A stretch of 64,000 nt of DNA from Dehalococcoidia bacterium. Its GTDB lineage: Bacteria; Chloroflexota; Dehalococcoidia; Lucifugimonadales; G963668185. Positions within the stretch are counted from its first letter, which is position 1. Each line of letters starts with the position of its first letter. The DNA lies in the NCBI GenBank assembly GCA_963668185.1, contig OY764162.1, positions 530,800 to 594,799 on the forward strand, written 5' to 3'. Both the position numbers and the translations under genes were made by a program. The notes under the pieces were generated by a model. It ran no database searches and was not told where the DNA came from. It saw only the letters and a program-made list of their open reading frames with translations. Positions 9,618 to 19,043 of the stretch are shown here, piece by piece.

Positions 9618-10838
9618 TTGGCCTCTAACGGGGCCGACTTCGCCAATCGTGGCGTTCATGGAGATCTGTTGACAGCGATCAAGCGAGAGGTTTCGAGGGC
9701 TGCGAAGCCGAAGACATACTTGGACTCCGTGCGGGAGGTGCTGCCGCGGGTGGCGGCGTTCGCTGATGAGGCGAGCCGGGATCGGGAGATACCGGCTGCG
9801 CTGGCTAACGAGCTGAAGGACCGGGGGCTGTTCCGGCTGTTGCTGCCCCGATCGGTCGGCGGTGCGGAGATGGACCACCCGGACTTTCTCGACGTCGTCG
9901 AGGCGTTCGCTGAGGTGGACGGCAGCGTTGCGTGGTGCATCAACCAGAACAACGTGTACTCGACCAGGGCGTCTGTCATGCCGCCGGAGCTTGCCCAGGA
10001 GATCTGGGGTGACCGGCGGGCCGTGGTCACGAACGGCCCGCCGCAGTGGACTGAAGTCGAGCGGGAAGGCGACGGGTACCGGCTGTCGGGACGCTGGAAC
10101 TTCAGCAGCGGCGTACCTCATGCGACGTGGCTGGCCGCGCTTACGACCCTGCGGGACGCAGATGCCGAAGATAACGGCGAACTGCCCCGGACGATGATCC
10201 TGCCGAAATCCGAGGCGGATCTCGTCGACAATTGGCAGGTGAACGGGCTTCGGGGCACCGGCAGCCTTGGATTCGAGGTCCGGGACGCGCACGTGCCGTT
10301 CGGACGTACGTTTTGTGCCGACGGCGCGCCGCGCGAGCCAGGGCCGCTGTACGCGATGCCGATGGTGCTCATGTTCGCGTCCGGCTTTTCGACGGTGGCG
10401 CTTGGGGCCGCGAGGGCGAGCCTCGACGCGCTGATCGAGATGGCCGGCGGCAAGACGATACAGGGCAGGGGCCTTCTGCGGGACGACCCCGCCACGTGGC
10501 GGCAGGTCGGGCAGGCGGAGGCCACGTGGCGGTCGGCGCGCGCGTTCCTGCGGCAGAGCGCGTCGGAGGCGTGGCGCGGCGCATGCGAGGACGGCGCGCC
10601 GTCGCTCGACCAGCGCATCAGGCTGCGGCTGGCGGCCACGCACGGCATACGCATGGCGGCGCAGGTGGTGGATACGGTGTACAACCTGTTCGGCTCGCAG
10701 GCGATCTTCGAGCGCAACCCGGTGCAGCGCAGGTTCCAGGACGTGCACGTGATCTCGCAGCAGATCCAGGGCCGGATGGACCACTACGACGTTGCGGGGC
10801 AACACTTCCTGGGCCTGGAGGCGGAGGGGAGTTTCTAA
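9618..10838 (+). CDS. Acyl-CoA dehydrogenase-fold flavin-dependent monooxygenase (SfnB/DszC/HpaH-like)
   Basis: The protein is about 400 aa with LFRLLLPRSVGGAE and WCINQNN, and the C-terminal helical domain typical of ACAD-type two-component oxygenases. Position 9618 is a TTG, so the exact start is uncertain. Confidence 0.65.
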   Translation: MASNGADFANRGVHGDLLTAIKREVSRAAKPKTYLDSVREVLPRVAAFADEASRDREIPAALANELKDRGLFRLLLPRSVGGAEMDHPDFLDVVEAFAEVDGSVAWCINQNNVYSTRASVMPPELAQEIWGDRRAVVTNGPPQWTEVEREGDGYRLSGRWNFSSGVPHATWLAALTTLRDADAEDNGELPRTMILPKSEADLVDNWQVNGLRGTGSLGFEVRDAHVPFGRTFCADGAPREPGPLYAMPMVLMFASGFSTVALGAARASLDALIEMAGGKTIQGRGLLRDDPATWRQVGQAEATWRSARAFLRQSASEAWRGACEDGAPSLDQRIRLRLAATHGIRMAAQVVDTVYNLFGSQAIFERNPVQRRFQDVHVISQQIQGRMDHYDVAGQHFLGLEAEGSF

Positions 10839-10872
10839 GGGTGTGTCTGAAAGGGGGCTGGTCATCCTGAGT

Positions 10873-10897
10873 GGTTCGACAAGCTCACCACGAACGA
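10873..10897 (+). repeat. 25-nt dispersed repeat GGTTCGACAAGCTCACCACGAACGA (copy 1)
   Basis: An identical 25-mer occurs as the reverse complement at 57031..57055. This copy lies about 90 nt upstream of the vapB-like start. Confidence 0.8.
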
Positions 10898-10985
10898 GTT
10901 CAGCAGTTTTTCTGCAGACGTTTGAGAGCTTCCCGTATTTGCACTATGCTTGTGTCAGGCAGCCTTATCGAGGAAAGGACAGATA

Positions 10986-11291
10986 ATGATGGAAGTCAAG
11001 AAGAAAAGGCTCACTCTGGACATAGATCCTGGCTTTCAGCGCCGGCTGAAGGCTGTCGCCGAACTCAAGGGCGTCAGTATGCGACGGTACTGCCTGTCCG
11101 CCATCGATAGGGAGTTGACGAAGGACGAAGCAAATGGCGCGTCCGCCCAACGTCCCGTCCGCTCCGACGCGGAGCGGTTCGCGGAACTTCGAGAAAAACA
11201 CTTCGGAGGAAGAACGCTGCCTGGAAGCTCGGTTGACCTGATAAGGGAGGCCCGCGAGATCAGGGACGCCGAAATGGACAACTGGGCATGA
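10986..11291 (+). CDS. Ribbon-helix-helix type antitoxin (VapB/ParD-like)
   Basis: ATG 10986 is preceded by AGGAAAGGA. The small protein (KKKRLTLDIDPGFQRRLKAVAELKGVSMRRYCLSAI) overlaps the downstream PIN-domain gene by 4 nt (ATGA). Confidence 0.6.
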   Translation: MMEVKKKRLTLDIDPGFQRRLKAVAELKGVSMRRYCLSAIDRELTKDEANGASAQRPVRSDAERFAELREKHFGGRTLPGSSVDLIREAREIRDAEMDNWA

Positions 11292-11731
11292 ACGGAGTGG
11301 TTGTCGTGGACGCGAGCCTGGCGTTCAAGTGGTTGGTAGAAGAAGCGGACTCTGACAAAGCCCATGCAATCCTCTTGTCCTGGGAAGATCGAGGCGTGAG
11401 ACCGGCAGCCCCTCGCCTCATGCCGTTCGAGATAGCCAATGCTCTACACCGGCGGGTGGCGATGGGTGAATTGACTTTGGAAACGGCCGCCGACCTCATG
11501 GAGAACATGCTGTCGTCACAACTGGAGTTGCACGAGACGCCGAATCTTCATCGCAGGGCCTTCGAGCTTGCAAGTCAACTCCGCCAGAGAGCAGTCTATG
11601 ACGCGCACTACCTTGCCTTAGCCGAGTCCTTCGACTGCGAGATGTGGACCGCGGACGAGAGATTCTTCCGGGCGGCGAGGCGCGTCGCTGACAACGTGCG
11701 CTGGATCGGCCAGTTCGCCACGGCGGAATAG
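11288..11731 (+). CDS. vapC: PIN-domain ribonuclease toxin VapC
   Basis: VVVDASLAFKW at the N-terminus supplies the first acidic residue, and YDAHYLALAE and WTADERF supply later PIN motifs. The 147-aa length fits. Confidence 0.85.
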   Translation: MNGVVVVDASLAFKWLVEEADSDKAHAILLSWEDRGVRPAAPRLMPFEIANALHRRVAMGELTLETAADLMENMLSSQLELHETPNLHRRAFELASQLRQRAVYDAHYLALAESFDCEMWTADERFFRAARRVADNVRWIGQFATAE

Positions 11732-11748
11732 AGACCGCGAGTGTAATC

Positions 11749-12776
11749 ATGTCCTTCAAGCTCGCCTGCGCCGCAGCAGCCTCCGCGTGTGTGCTGTTGT
11801 GGTTTGTCGGGTGCTCGGTTGAGGTTGAGCGGACGGCGGCCTGCGCTGAGGAGGGGCAGGTGCTTGACATTGGCTTCTATGCTTTCTTCGCGCCGGTCAG
11901 CTACAGCGCCGACGAGGATACGAGTTCCGAAGGATTCAACACTCACGTGGGCTATGAGGCCGACCTGCTGACCGCGCTCGAAGCGATGGACGGCGCCGGC
12001 CTGTCCTTCTCACGCAAGCCGATCGCGGTCTGGGACGACATCTGGCTGCAGTCCGCCACGTCGGAGTACGACGTCGTTGGCGGCGGCATCACGGTCCTCG
12101 ACGCGCGTACGAGGAACGCGGCCGGCGAGAAGGTGGTCGCGTTCACGTCGGGGCACATCGCGTTTCGCCAGTCCCTGCTGGTTCGCGCCGAAGACGCGGA
12201 GCGTCTCGCAAGCCACGACAGGCTGACCAGCGACGTGCGCGTGGGTGCGCTGGCCTACACGACGGGAGAGGCGCGGATGCTGGTGCTGACTGGGCTGACG
12301 GACGCAGACGGCGCGCTGGCCGCTGGAACGCGCGTCGAAACGCGGCAGGGCGAAGTGGTCGCCGACGGCAGCCCTGAGTACTTCATCACCGCCGCGGGCG
12401 AGTCTCCGGCCTCGAAGGAAGGCTCCGCATTCACCCGCCGTCCGAGTCGATGCCCCAGGTGGTCTATCTTGGCGACGATGCCGGTGAGACGGAGTTGCTC
12501 GCCGCGCTCGCCGATGGCACGGTGGACGCGTTGGCCAGGGGCGAGATCGGCAACCGGGACGCCGCCCGCGAGTACGGAGACGGCTTCGTAGTTACGGCGC
12601 TGGACGCTGAGGCCGAGTACGGCGGGTTCAGCCTCGCCGTCGGGGACGCCGACCTGCGGACCTGCCTCGACGAGAAGATCGACCACCTTACCGACGGCGG
12701 GCGCATCGGCTACGCGGAGTGGAGCGAAGACCCCTCGGTGTTCATGCGCCGGGCGGACGCCTTACCTGGGCCTTGA
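11749..12776 (+). pseudogene. Family-3 solute-binding lipoprotein, apparent frameshift
   Basis: A lipobox-like N-terminus (LLWFVGCS) is followed by an SBP_bac_3-like body in frame 1 up to about 12410. The plausible continuation (MPQVVYLGDDAGETELLAALADGTVDALARGEIGN...) is in another frame (ORF 12450..12776), and the frame-1 tail is Arg/Pro/Ser junk. Confidence 0.55.
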
Positions 12777-13640
12777 GCGCGGGCCTTGCGGCTCGGGCTG
12801 GAAGGGGCCGTCGCGGGCCTCCAGGAATGCGCGCAGGCCACCGGCCTGATGAGCCACGTTGAGCATCTTGCGGTGCTCCCCGTGAGACGAATGGGCGATG
12901 GATGAGAGCGCCGCGTTCACTTCCATCGCCGCCGTGAGGCCCATCGCTGAGAGGCCTCGCCACGTGACGGCCTTGTTGACGCGGACCGACGGCTCGGGCA
13001 CCAGGGCGATGCGCTCGGCCAGGCGGAACGCCTCCTCCTCCAGGCTGTCGCGGGGGACGACCCTGTTCACTATGCCCAACTTCTCGGCGTGCTGCGCGTC
13101 CATGTGGTCGCCGGTGAGCGCCCACTCGTGCGCGTGCTTCCAGTTGGTGAGGGCGGCCAGAAGGAAGGTGGTGTTCGAGACGTGCCGCACCTCCGGCTGG
13201 CCGAACACCGCGTCGTCAGAGGCGATCGTGATGTCGCAGGCGAGGCTGTACCAGAAGCCGCCGCCCATGCAGTAGCCGTGCACCATCGCGATGACCGGGA
13301 CACCAAGCTTCCAGATGTGCGTCAGGTCGTCCGTGTGGCTGGCGTCCCTCTCCCACCAGTAGCGCAGGTACTCCTCCATTTCATACGACTCTGGGTCCAT
13401 CGCCGAGGGGCCGTCTTCTTCCGAGCCGCCTTCCCGCTTCATATCGTAGCCGGCGCAGAATGAGCGGCCCGCTCCCGCCAGGATCACGGCACGGACTTCC
13501 GGATCTCCGTCCGCCTCGTCGAGGGCGGCGCTGATTTCCCTGACCATCTGCTCGCTCAGGGCGTTCAGCACGTCGGGCCGGTTCATGGTGATCTTGACCA
13601 CCGGCCCATGCTGCTCGTAGAGAATGCACTCGTATGTCAT
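12762..13640 (-). CDS. Enoyl-CoA hydratase/isomerase (crotonase) family protein
   Basis: KITMNRPDVLNALS and VRAVILAGAGRSFCAGYD form the crotonase oxyanion-hole signature. Confidence 0.85.
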   Translation of the reverse strand: MTYECILYEQHGPVVKITMNRPDVLNALSEQMVREISAALDEADGDPEVRAVILAGAGRSFCAGYDMKREGGSEEDGPSAMDPESYEMEEYLRYWWERDASHTDDLTHIWKLGVPVIAMVHGYCMGGGFWYSLACDITIASDDAVFGQPEVRHVSNTTFLLAALTNWKHAHEWALTGDHMDAQHAEKLGIVNRVVPRDSLEEEAFRLAERIALVPEPSVRVNKAVTWRGLSAMGLTAAMEVNAALSSIAHSSHGEHRKMLNVAHQAGGLRAFLEARDGPFQPEPQGPRSRPR

Positions 13641-13800
13641 TTGTTCCTCCGGTCCTTAGTATTGCGCTGTCGCCAGGCCAGGCGGGCGAACGACTACATG
13701 ATAAGGGAAACGCGGCGCGGCGTTCGGTGTGAGAGTCGCGGCAGTGATAGAATCGGGCCAGTTTGGCGGACAGCCGCACAAGAGAAGGAGACCCCCAAGT

Positions 13801-15084
13801 ATGAAGTTCGGGATATTCTACGAGCACCAGCTTCCGCGCCCATGGGCAGAGGACAGCGAGCACAGATTGCTGCACGAGGCGCTGGAGCAGGTGGAGCTGG
13901 CCGACCGGCTGGGAATCGACTACGCCTGGGAGGTGGAGCACCACTTCCTGGAGGAGTACTCGCACTCCTCGGCGCCGGAGGTCTTCCTGGCTGCCTGCAG
14001 CCAGCGCACGAAGTCTATCCGGCTTGGGCACGGGATCGTGCTTATGCCTCCCACCTACAACCATCCAGCCCGCGTGGCCGAGCGCGTTTCCACGCTGGAC
14101 ATCGTCAGCAACGGGCGTGTGGACTGGGGAACGGGAGAGTCGAGCTCCCGCAGCGAGCTCGAAGGGTTCGGCGTGGACCCCGACCAGAAGCGCGATATGT
14201 GGACCGAGACCGTGCGGGAAGCCGCCAAGATGATGTGCACCAGCCCCTATCCGGGCTACGAAGGCGAGTTCTTCTCGATGCCGCACCGGGACGTGGTGCC
14301 GAAGCCGGTGCAGAAGCCGCACCCGCCGATCTGGGTTGCGTGCTCGAACCGGGAGACGATCCGGCTGGCCGGCAGGCTCGGCATAGGCGCGCTGACGTTC
14401 GCGTTCATCGACGAGGAGGAGGCGCGGTACTGGGTCAACGACTACTACACGGCGTTCAAGAACGAGTGCGAGCCGATCGGGCAGGCCGTGAACCCGAACG
14501 TCGCCATCGTCACGGGGTTCATGGCCCACGAGGACAGCGACACAGCGGTCAGCCGAGGCATCGACGGGTTCCAGTTCTTTGGGTACGGGCTGAGCCACTT
14601 CTACATGCACGGGACGCATGTGCCGGGCGGCTTCGACCTCTGGCAGGACTACCTCGAAAACGGCCCCAAGAACCGGGAGCCGGTGGGGTGCATCGGAAAC
14701 CCGGCGCAGATACGGGAAACGATCTCCAAGTTCGAGGACGCGGGCGTTGACCAGGTGGTGTTCATCCAGCAGGGCGGCAAGAACCTGCACGAGCACATCT
14801 GCGAGTCGCTGGAGATGTTCTCGGATCGGATTATGCCGGAGTTCAAGGACCGGGAGCAGAAGAAGGCCGTGGCGAAGGCGGCTGAGCTTGAGCCGTACGT
14901 GGAGGCGGCGCTGGAGCGGAAGCCGCCGATCCGCAAGCTGGAGTACATTCCGCCCCTGGACGCGTATCCGGTTATGCGGGACAAGCTCGGCCTCGAAGCG
15001 CCGCAGCGCACGGGGCCAAGCATCCTCGATTCGCTCATCGGGGAGGAGAAGGCCGACGCTTCGGAGGAGACCGCGGCGTCGTAA
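13801..15084 (+). CDS. LLM-class (luciferase-like) flavin-dependent monooxygenase
   Basis: I chose ATG 13801 (RBS AGAAGGAGA) over the track start 13729. MKFGIFYEHQLPRPW...LGIDYAWEVEHHF...RLGHGIV is a typical LLM N-terminus. Confidence 0.8.
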   Translation: MKFGIFYEHQLPRPWAEDSEHRLLHEALEQVELADRLGIDYAWEVEHHFLEEYSHSSAPEVFLAACSQRTKSIRLGHGIVLMPPTYNHPARVAERVSTLDIVSNGRVDWGTGESSSRSELEGFGVDPDQKRDMWTETVREAAKMMCTSPYPGYEGEFFSMPHRDVVPKPVQKPHPPIWVACSNRETIRLAGRLGIGALTFAFIDEEEARYWVNDYYTAFKNECEPIGQAVNPNVAIVTGFMAHEDSDTAVSRGIDGFQFFGYGLSHFYMHGTHVPGGFDLWQDYLENGPKNREPVGCIGNPAQIRETISKFEDAGVDQVVFIQQGGKNLHEHICESLEMFSDRIMPEFKDREQKKAVAKAAELEPYVEAALERKPPIRKLEYIPPLDAYPVMRDKLGLEAPQRTGPSILDSLIGEEKADASEETAAS

Positions 15085-15096
15085 GGGGATTATCAA

Positions 15097-16287
15097 TTGA
15101 CGTATGACCTGCTGGTGATCGGGGGCGGGATTGCGGGCGCATCGCTGGCCAAGGTCATGGCGGATGAGGGCGCAAGGGTCCTCGTGGTCGAACGCGAGGC
15201 GCAGTTCAAAGACCGCGTTCGCGGGGAGGGCATTCACCCCTGGGGCGTGGCGGAACTCAAGCGGCTTGGGCTGTACGACCTCGTCATGGGCACGTGCGGC
15301 CAGGAACTCCAGTACTGGACGAACTACTACAACGGCAGGGGACGGCCTAGAGACTTCCTGACTACGTCTCCTCACGCCTGCGGGGAGATCACGGTGCATC
15401 ACCCCGAGCTGCAAGAGACGCTGCTCCGGGCCGCGGCCCAGGCGGGCGCGGAGGTGAGACGCGGGGCGCTGGCGCTGTCGGTCACGCCCGGCGAGACGCC
15501 GACCGCCGAGGTACGCTGGCAGGGCGGCGTGGAGACGATCGGCGCGCGCATGATCGCGCTGGCCGACGGCAGGTCGTCGAGCGGGCGCAGGTGGGCGGGC
15601 TTCGACGTGCGGCACGACCCGCCGAGAACGGCGCTGGCGGGCGTGCTGATGTCGGGCCTCAAGTGCGAGCCGGGATCAGTGCACGAGTTTGGCGACCCCG
15701 CGAACGGCCATGGGTTCCTGGTGTTTCCGCTGCCCGAAGACCGGTACAGGGTGTACTACGCGTTCAGGCAGAACGAGCGTCCGAGAGTGCTGAGCGGAGA
15801 CCGGCGATTCCCGGAGTTCGCGCAGTCCACACTCGACGTGGGAGCGCCGCCCGAGTGGTACGAGGAGGCGGAGAAGATCGGGCCGCTGGCGATGTTCGAC
15901 ACGTCGGACACGTGGGTGGACCATCCTCACAGGGACAACGTCGTGCTGATCGGGGACGCGGCGTCCTCGAACGACCCGACGTGGGGGAACGGCCAGTCGC
16001 TGGTGTTCCGCGGCGTGCGCGTGCTGCGGGATGCGCTGCTGGGCACGAACAACTGGACGGAGGCAGGCGACGCCTACGCCGAAGAACACACGCGCTATTA
16101 CGGCTCTATACACCGCATCACAAACTGGCTGGTGGACATGTACCTGGAGACCGGGCCTGAGGCGGACGCCTGGCGCACAAGGGCGCTCTCAAGGCCGCGC
16201 GAGGAGCGGTTCAGGCCGGACCACATGGGCCAGGGCCCGGAAGCGCCAAGCGACGAGGACGCCCGGCGGCGGTTCTTTGGGGAGTAA
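15097..16287 (+). CDS. FAD-dependent monooxygenase (UbiH/PHBH-type)
   Basis: A TTG start lies after AAGGGGA. A DLLVIGGGIAGASLA Rossmann motif and a later GDAA motif (LIGDAASSNDP) are present. Confidence 0.8.
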   Translation: MTYDLLVIGGGIAGASLAKVMADEGARVLVVEREAQFKDRVRGEGIHPWGVAELKRLGLYDLVMGTCGQELQYWTNYYNGRGRPRDFLTTSPHACGEITVHHPELQETLLRAAAQAGAEVRRGALALSVTPGETPTAEVRWQGGVETIGARMIALADGRSSSGRRWAGFDVRHDPPRTALAGVLMSGLKCEPGSVHEFGDPANGHGFLVFPLPEDRYRVYYAFRQNERPRVLSGDRRFPEFAQSTLDVGAPPEWYEEAEKIGPLAMFDTSDTWVDHPHRDNVVLIGDAASSNDPTWGNGQSLVFRGVRVLRDALLGTNNWTEAGDAYAEEHTRYYGSIHRITNWLVDMYLETGPEADAWRTRALSRPREERFRPDHMGQGPEAPSDEDARRRFFGE

Positions 16288-16298
16288 GGGACGGTCGC

Positions 16299-17075
16299 CT
16301 AGCCCGTATCCACCGGCAGGCCGCGCTCGGTCCAGTCGCGGTATGAGCCGTCGTAGAGGCGGCCGGTGCGGCCGGCGCGGGTGAGCGCCAGCCACGCGAG
16401 GCTGGCGCGAGCGCCTGACCGGCAGTAGGAGACGACAGGCTCGTCCGGGCCGATGCCGAGGTCTTGCAGGCGCGCGTTCACATCCGCTTCGGGCGCGAGG
16501 AGGTTGCCGTCTGAGCCGGGAAGCTCGCGCCAGTCGAGGTGTACGGCGTCCGGGATGTGGCCGGGGACCTCGTCGGCCTCGGACGTGCCTTCGTATTCTT
16601 CCGGCGATCTGACGTCGAGCCGCCTCCACGCGGCGTTCGCCTGCACGTCTTCCGCGACTGCGCGGACTTCCGGGCGGGGCGCGAGTTCGAAGACTGCGGG
16701 CTCCGGGCGGTGCTGCCGGTAGAAGACGGGCCGGCCTTCCTCCACCCAGCACTCGTAGAACACAGACATCACGCGAACGTCGCTCGCCCCAAGGTAGGTG
16801 AGCGCCCACGAGACCATCGCCACCTTCTGGCCGTCCGGTGAGTCGTACAGGACCAGCGTCTTGTCGCTGCTTATGCCCGCCGTGCCGAGCTTAGCCGCCA
16901 GGTCTGCCTCCGAGCGCAGTGCGCCCGCGTCGTCGAACAGTTCCGACATGGGGAAACTGACGGCGCCCTGAGGGTGGCCGGCGAGGTGCTTCATCCGGGT
17001 GCGCGGATCGACGAGGAGCACGGACGGGTCCGCCAGATGCCGCGAGACCCAGTCCGTGCTTACGAACGTTACCAA
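16299..17075 (-). CDS. Rhodanese-domain sulfurtransferase (thiosulfate/3-mercaptopyruvate type)
   Basis: The 258-aa protein has two rhodanese modules and the catalytic loop YCRSGARAS (CRxGxR). Confidence 0.8.
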   Translation of the reverse strand: MVTFVSTDWVSRHLADPSVLLVDPRTRMKHLAGHPQGAVSFPMSELFDDAGALRSEADLAAKLGTAGISSDKTLVLYDSPDGQKVAMVSWALTYLGASDVRVMSVFYECWVEEGRPVFYRQHRPEPAVFELAPRPEVRAVAEDVQANAAWRRLDVRSPEEYEGTSEADEVPGHIPDAVHLDWRELPGSDGNLLAPEADVNARLQDLGIGPDEPVVSYCRSGARASLAWLALTRAGRTGRLYDGSYRDWTERGLPVDTG

Positions 17076-17112
17076 TTGCGGGCTTCGAACTGCCGCTGTT
17101 GCGGCGCTTTGG

Positions 17113-17643
17113 CTAGAGGGCTTCGATTTCGGTAGTCAGGTTGGTGTTCCTGACGACCGTCTGCGTCACCGGCGAGCCGTCAACCGCGAGCCTCCAGATC
17201 TCCTGGATCGTCTCCTCGTCGGCATCGGCGCGGACGTACGCCTTTGCGCTGATCTCGCCGTAAGCGGAGCTGCCGCTGTCGCTCACGCCCGCCCAGACCG
17301 CGATGTTCTCGAAGTTGCCCTCTACGGCGACCTCAAGGTCCTGGACCCTGATGCCGCGCTTGGTCGCGTTCAGGATGAACCCCACGGACATGCAGGAGCC
17401 CACGGCGGCCAGAATCTGCTCGTGCGCGCTGGCCGCGACGTCCGTGGCGTCCAGGTCCGCCGGCTCGTCCATCTCGACGGTGTGGGTGCGCATGTGCGCC
17501 CTCACGCGGAAGCCGTCCTGCCACTGGATGCGGGCGCGCCACGGGCCGCTGACGGCCGCGAGCACGTCCGGGTTGCGGAACGACTCGGTGATCTCCTTGA
17601 TCTTGTCCGGATGAAGTCCGTTCAGTGTGTCTTCTTCTGTCAC
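17113..17643 (-). CDS. OsmC/Ohr family protein
   Basis: The length is about 176 aa, and AAVGSCMSVGF contains the conserved OsmC cysteine context. Confidence 0.7.
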   Translation of the reverse strand: MTEEDTLNGLHPDKIKEITESFRNPDVLAAVSGPWRARIQWQDGFRVRAHMRTHTVEMDEPADLDATDVAASAHEQILAAVGSCMSVGFILNATKRGIRVQDLEVAVEGNFENIAVWAGVSDSGSSAYGEISAKAYVRADADEETIQEIWRLAVDGSPVTQTVVRNTNLTTEIEAL

Positions 17644-17703
17644 AGCTTTGTCTCCTTCCTGATTCTCAGGCCTGATTGGCGGCTGAATTGCCGGTTGCTC
17701 TCG

Positions 17704-18867
17704 CTATGCGTACTCTTTGCGCAGGACCTCCGCGGCCTCCGCGATCGCCTTCATCTTGAGGAATGACGTCTCGGAGTCGTTGACGGCCCGCTCCGCGAAC
17801 GTCCCGAACCCGCAGTCCGGGTTCAGGTAGATCTTTTCCGGCTCGAAGTACTGCAAGGCGTCCTTGACCCGGCCAACGATGTACTCGGTGGACTCGATTT
17901 CCTCGGTGCGCGGGTTCACGACGCCGAGGCCGATCTCCATCTCGCTGGGGTACTCCTTGAAGACCTCCAGCGAGCCGGCCCTCGGAGTCGCGTACTCCAG
18001 CACCAACTGATCGATGTTCATCTCCATGAGGTGTGGCAGCATTGGGCCGTAGTTGCCCTCCAGCAGCACCTCCTCCTTGCGGCTCCAGTTGCCACGGCAG
18101 ACGTGCACGCCGATGTTCATGTCGTCCGCGTCTTCGACGACCTCGTTCATCAGGCGGACGGCGAAGTCCAACTCCACGGTGGGGTCCCGGCGCGCGCTGA
18201 GCGCGGCGCACATGAACGTGTCCGAGCTCTCCTCGCCGTACACGACTTGGGAGAGAATCGGCTCGTCCAACTGGATGTACTTGATGCCCGCCGCCTTCAG
18301 GGCCGCGATCTCGTCCTTCAGTATCTTCACCACGTCTACGGCAAGCTCTTCCTGGCTGGCGTAGGCCTTCTCTGTGAGGCCGTCGAACCAGCAGGAGCGC
18401 GTCATCTGGTACGGGCCGGGCAGCGGCACCTTGATGGGCCTGTCCGTGAACTTCTTCACGGCCTCCACTTCGTCCAGCGAGAGGCCGTCCCTCGCGCCGA
18501 GCTTTCCGAGAGCGATGGGGCTCTTGATTGCGAACGCCGGAACGTCCTGCGCGCGCAGTATCTCCTCGAAGCTGGCACGATCCTTCACGTAGTCCATGAG
18601 TTCGGACACCTTCATGAGGCTCAGCCCGTCCAGCTTCTCGACGATGAAGGAGTAGAAGTTGTCCCGCCGCTGCTCGCCGTCCGAGAGGATATCTACGCCG
18701 GCGTCTTCCTGATACCTGATGACCTGCTCGACCGCCTCGTCCGCGATGCGCTCGAACTCTTCCCGTTCGATCTTCCCGTCCTGCTGGCGTAGCAGGGCGT
18801 CCCGCAACTCCCTCGTGCGGGGCCAACTGCCCACGACAGTAACTGGAAACAGTACCTGCTCGCTCAT
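17704..18867 (-). CDS. Cobalamin-independent methionine synthase (MetE C-terminal domain)-like Zn methyltransferase
   Basis: TVVGSWPR at the N-terminus, plus Zn ligand motifs GVHVCRGN (HxC) and NPDCGFG. I chose ATG 18867 (GGGAGAG upstream) over the track start 19035; the start remains uncertain. Confidence 0.75.
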   Translation of the reverse strand: MSEQVLFPVTVVGSWPRTRELRDALLRQQDGKIEREEFERIADEAVEQVIRYQEDAGVDILSDGEQRRDNFYSFIVEKLDGLSLMKVSELMDYVKDRASFEEILRAQDVPAFAIKSPIALGKLGARDGLSLDEVEAVKKFTDRPIKVPLPGPYQMTRSCWFDGLTEKAYASQEELAVDVVKILKDEIAALKAAGIKYIQLDEPILSQVVYGEESSDTFMCAALSARRDPTVELDFAVRLMNEVVEDADDMNIGVHVCRGNWSRKEEVLLEGNYGPMLPHLMEMNIDQLVLEYATPRAGSLEVFKEYPSEMEIGLGVVNPRTEEIESTEYIVGRVKDALQYFEPEKIYLNPDCGFGTFAERAVNDSETSFLKMKAIAEAAEVLRKEYA

Positions 18868-19043
18868 TTCTTCATACTCTCCCATTCGGGCCGTAATGTC
18901 CGGCATTCTGCGCCTAGGCGTCCCGCGAAACCTGCCCTGCCAGGCGGTCAAGCGCCAATAACGCTCCGGCGGTGCGTATAGTGTGAACGCATAGGCTTGG
19001 GTCGTCAACTCTTGCAACTGCGGCGCATTTGGCAACTTCGTCC

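Noticed and set aside
13381-15615. Very long ORFs antisense to well-supported genes, including 13381..15615 (744 aa), 5020..6225, 9534..10865, 25802..27169, 36372..37706, 40539..41993, 42011..43585, 46906..48183, 54981..56210, 59436..61166 and 62841..63908.
   Set aside because: Their translations are Arg/Pro/Gly/His-rich low-complexity strings with no recognisable motifs. Each lies opposite a gene with clear family signatures. This is the typical stop-codon-poor shadow frame of GC-rich DNA.
18868-19043. A possible SAM or cobalamin riboswitch in the 5' region of the MetE-like gene.
   Set aside because: I could not find a B12 box (GCCACTG-like) or S-box conserved helices by eye. This cannot be settled without a covariance-model scan (Rfam/Infernal).
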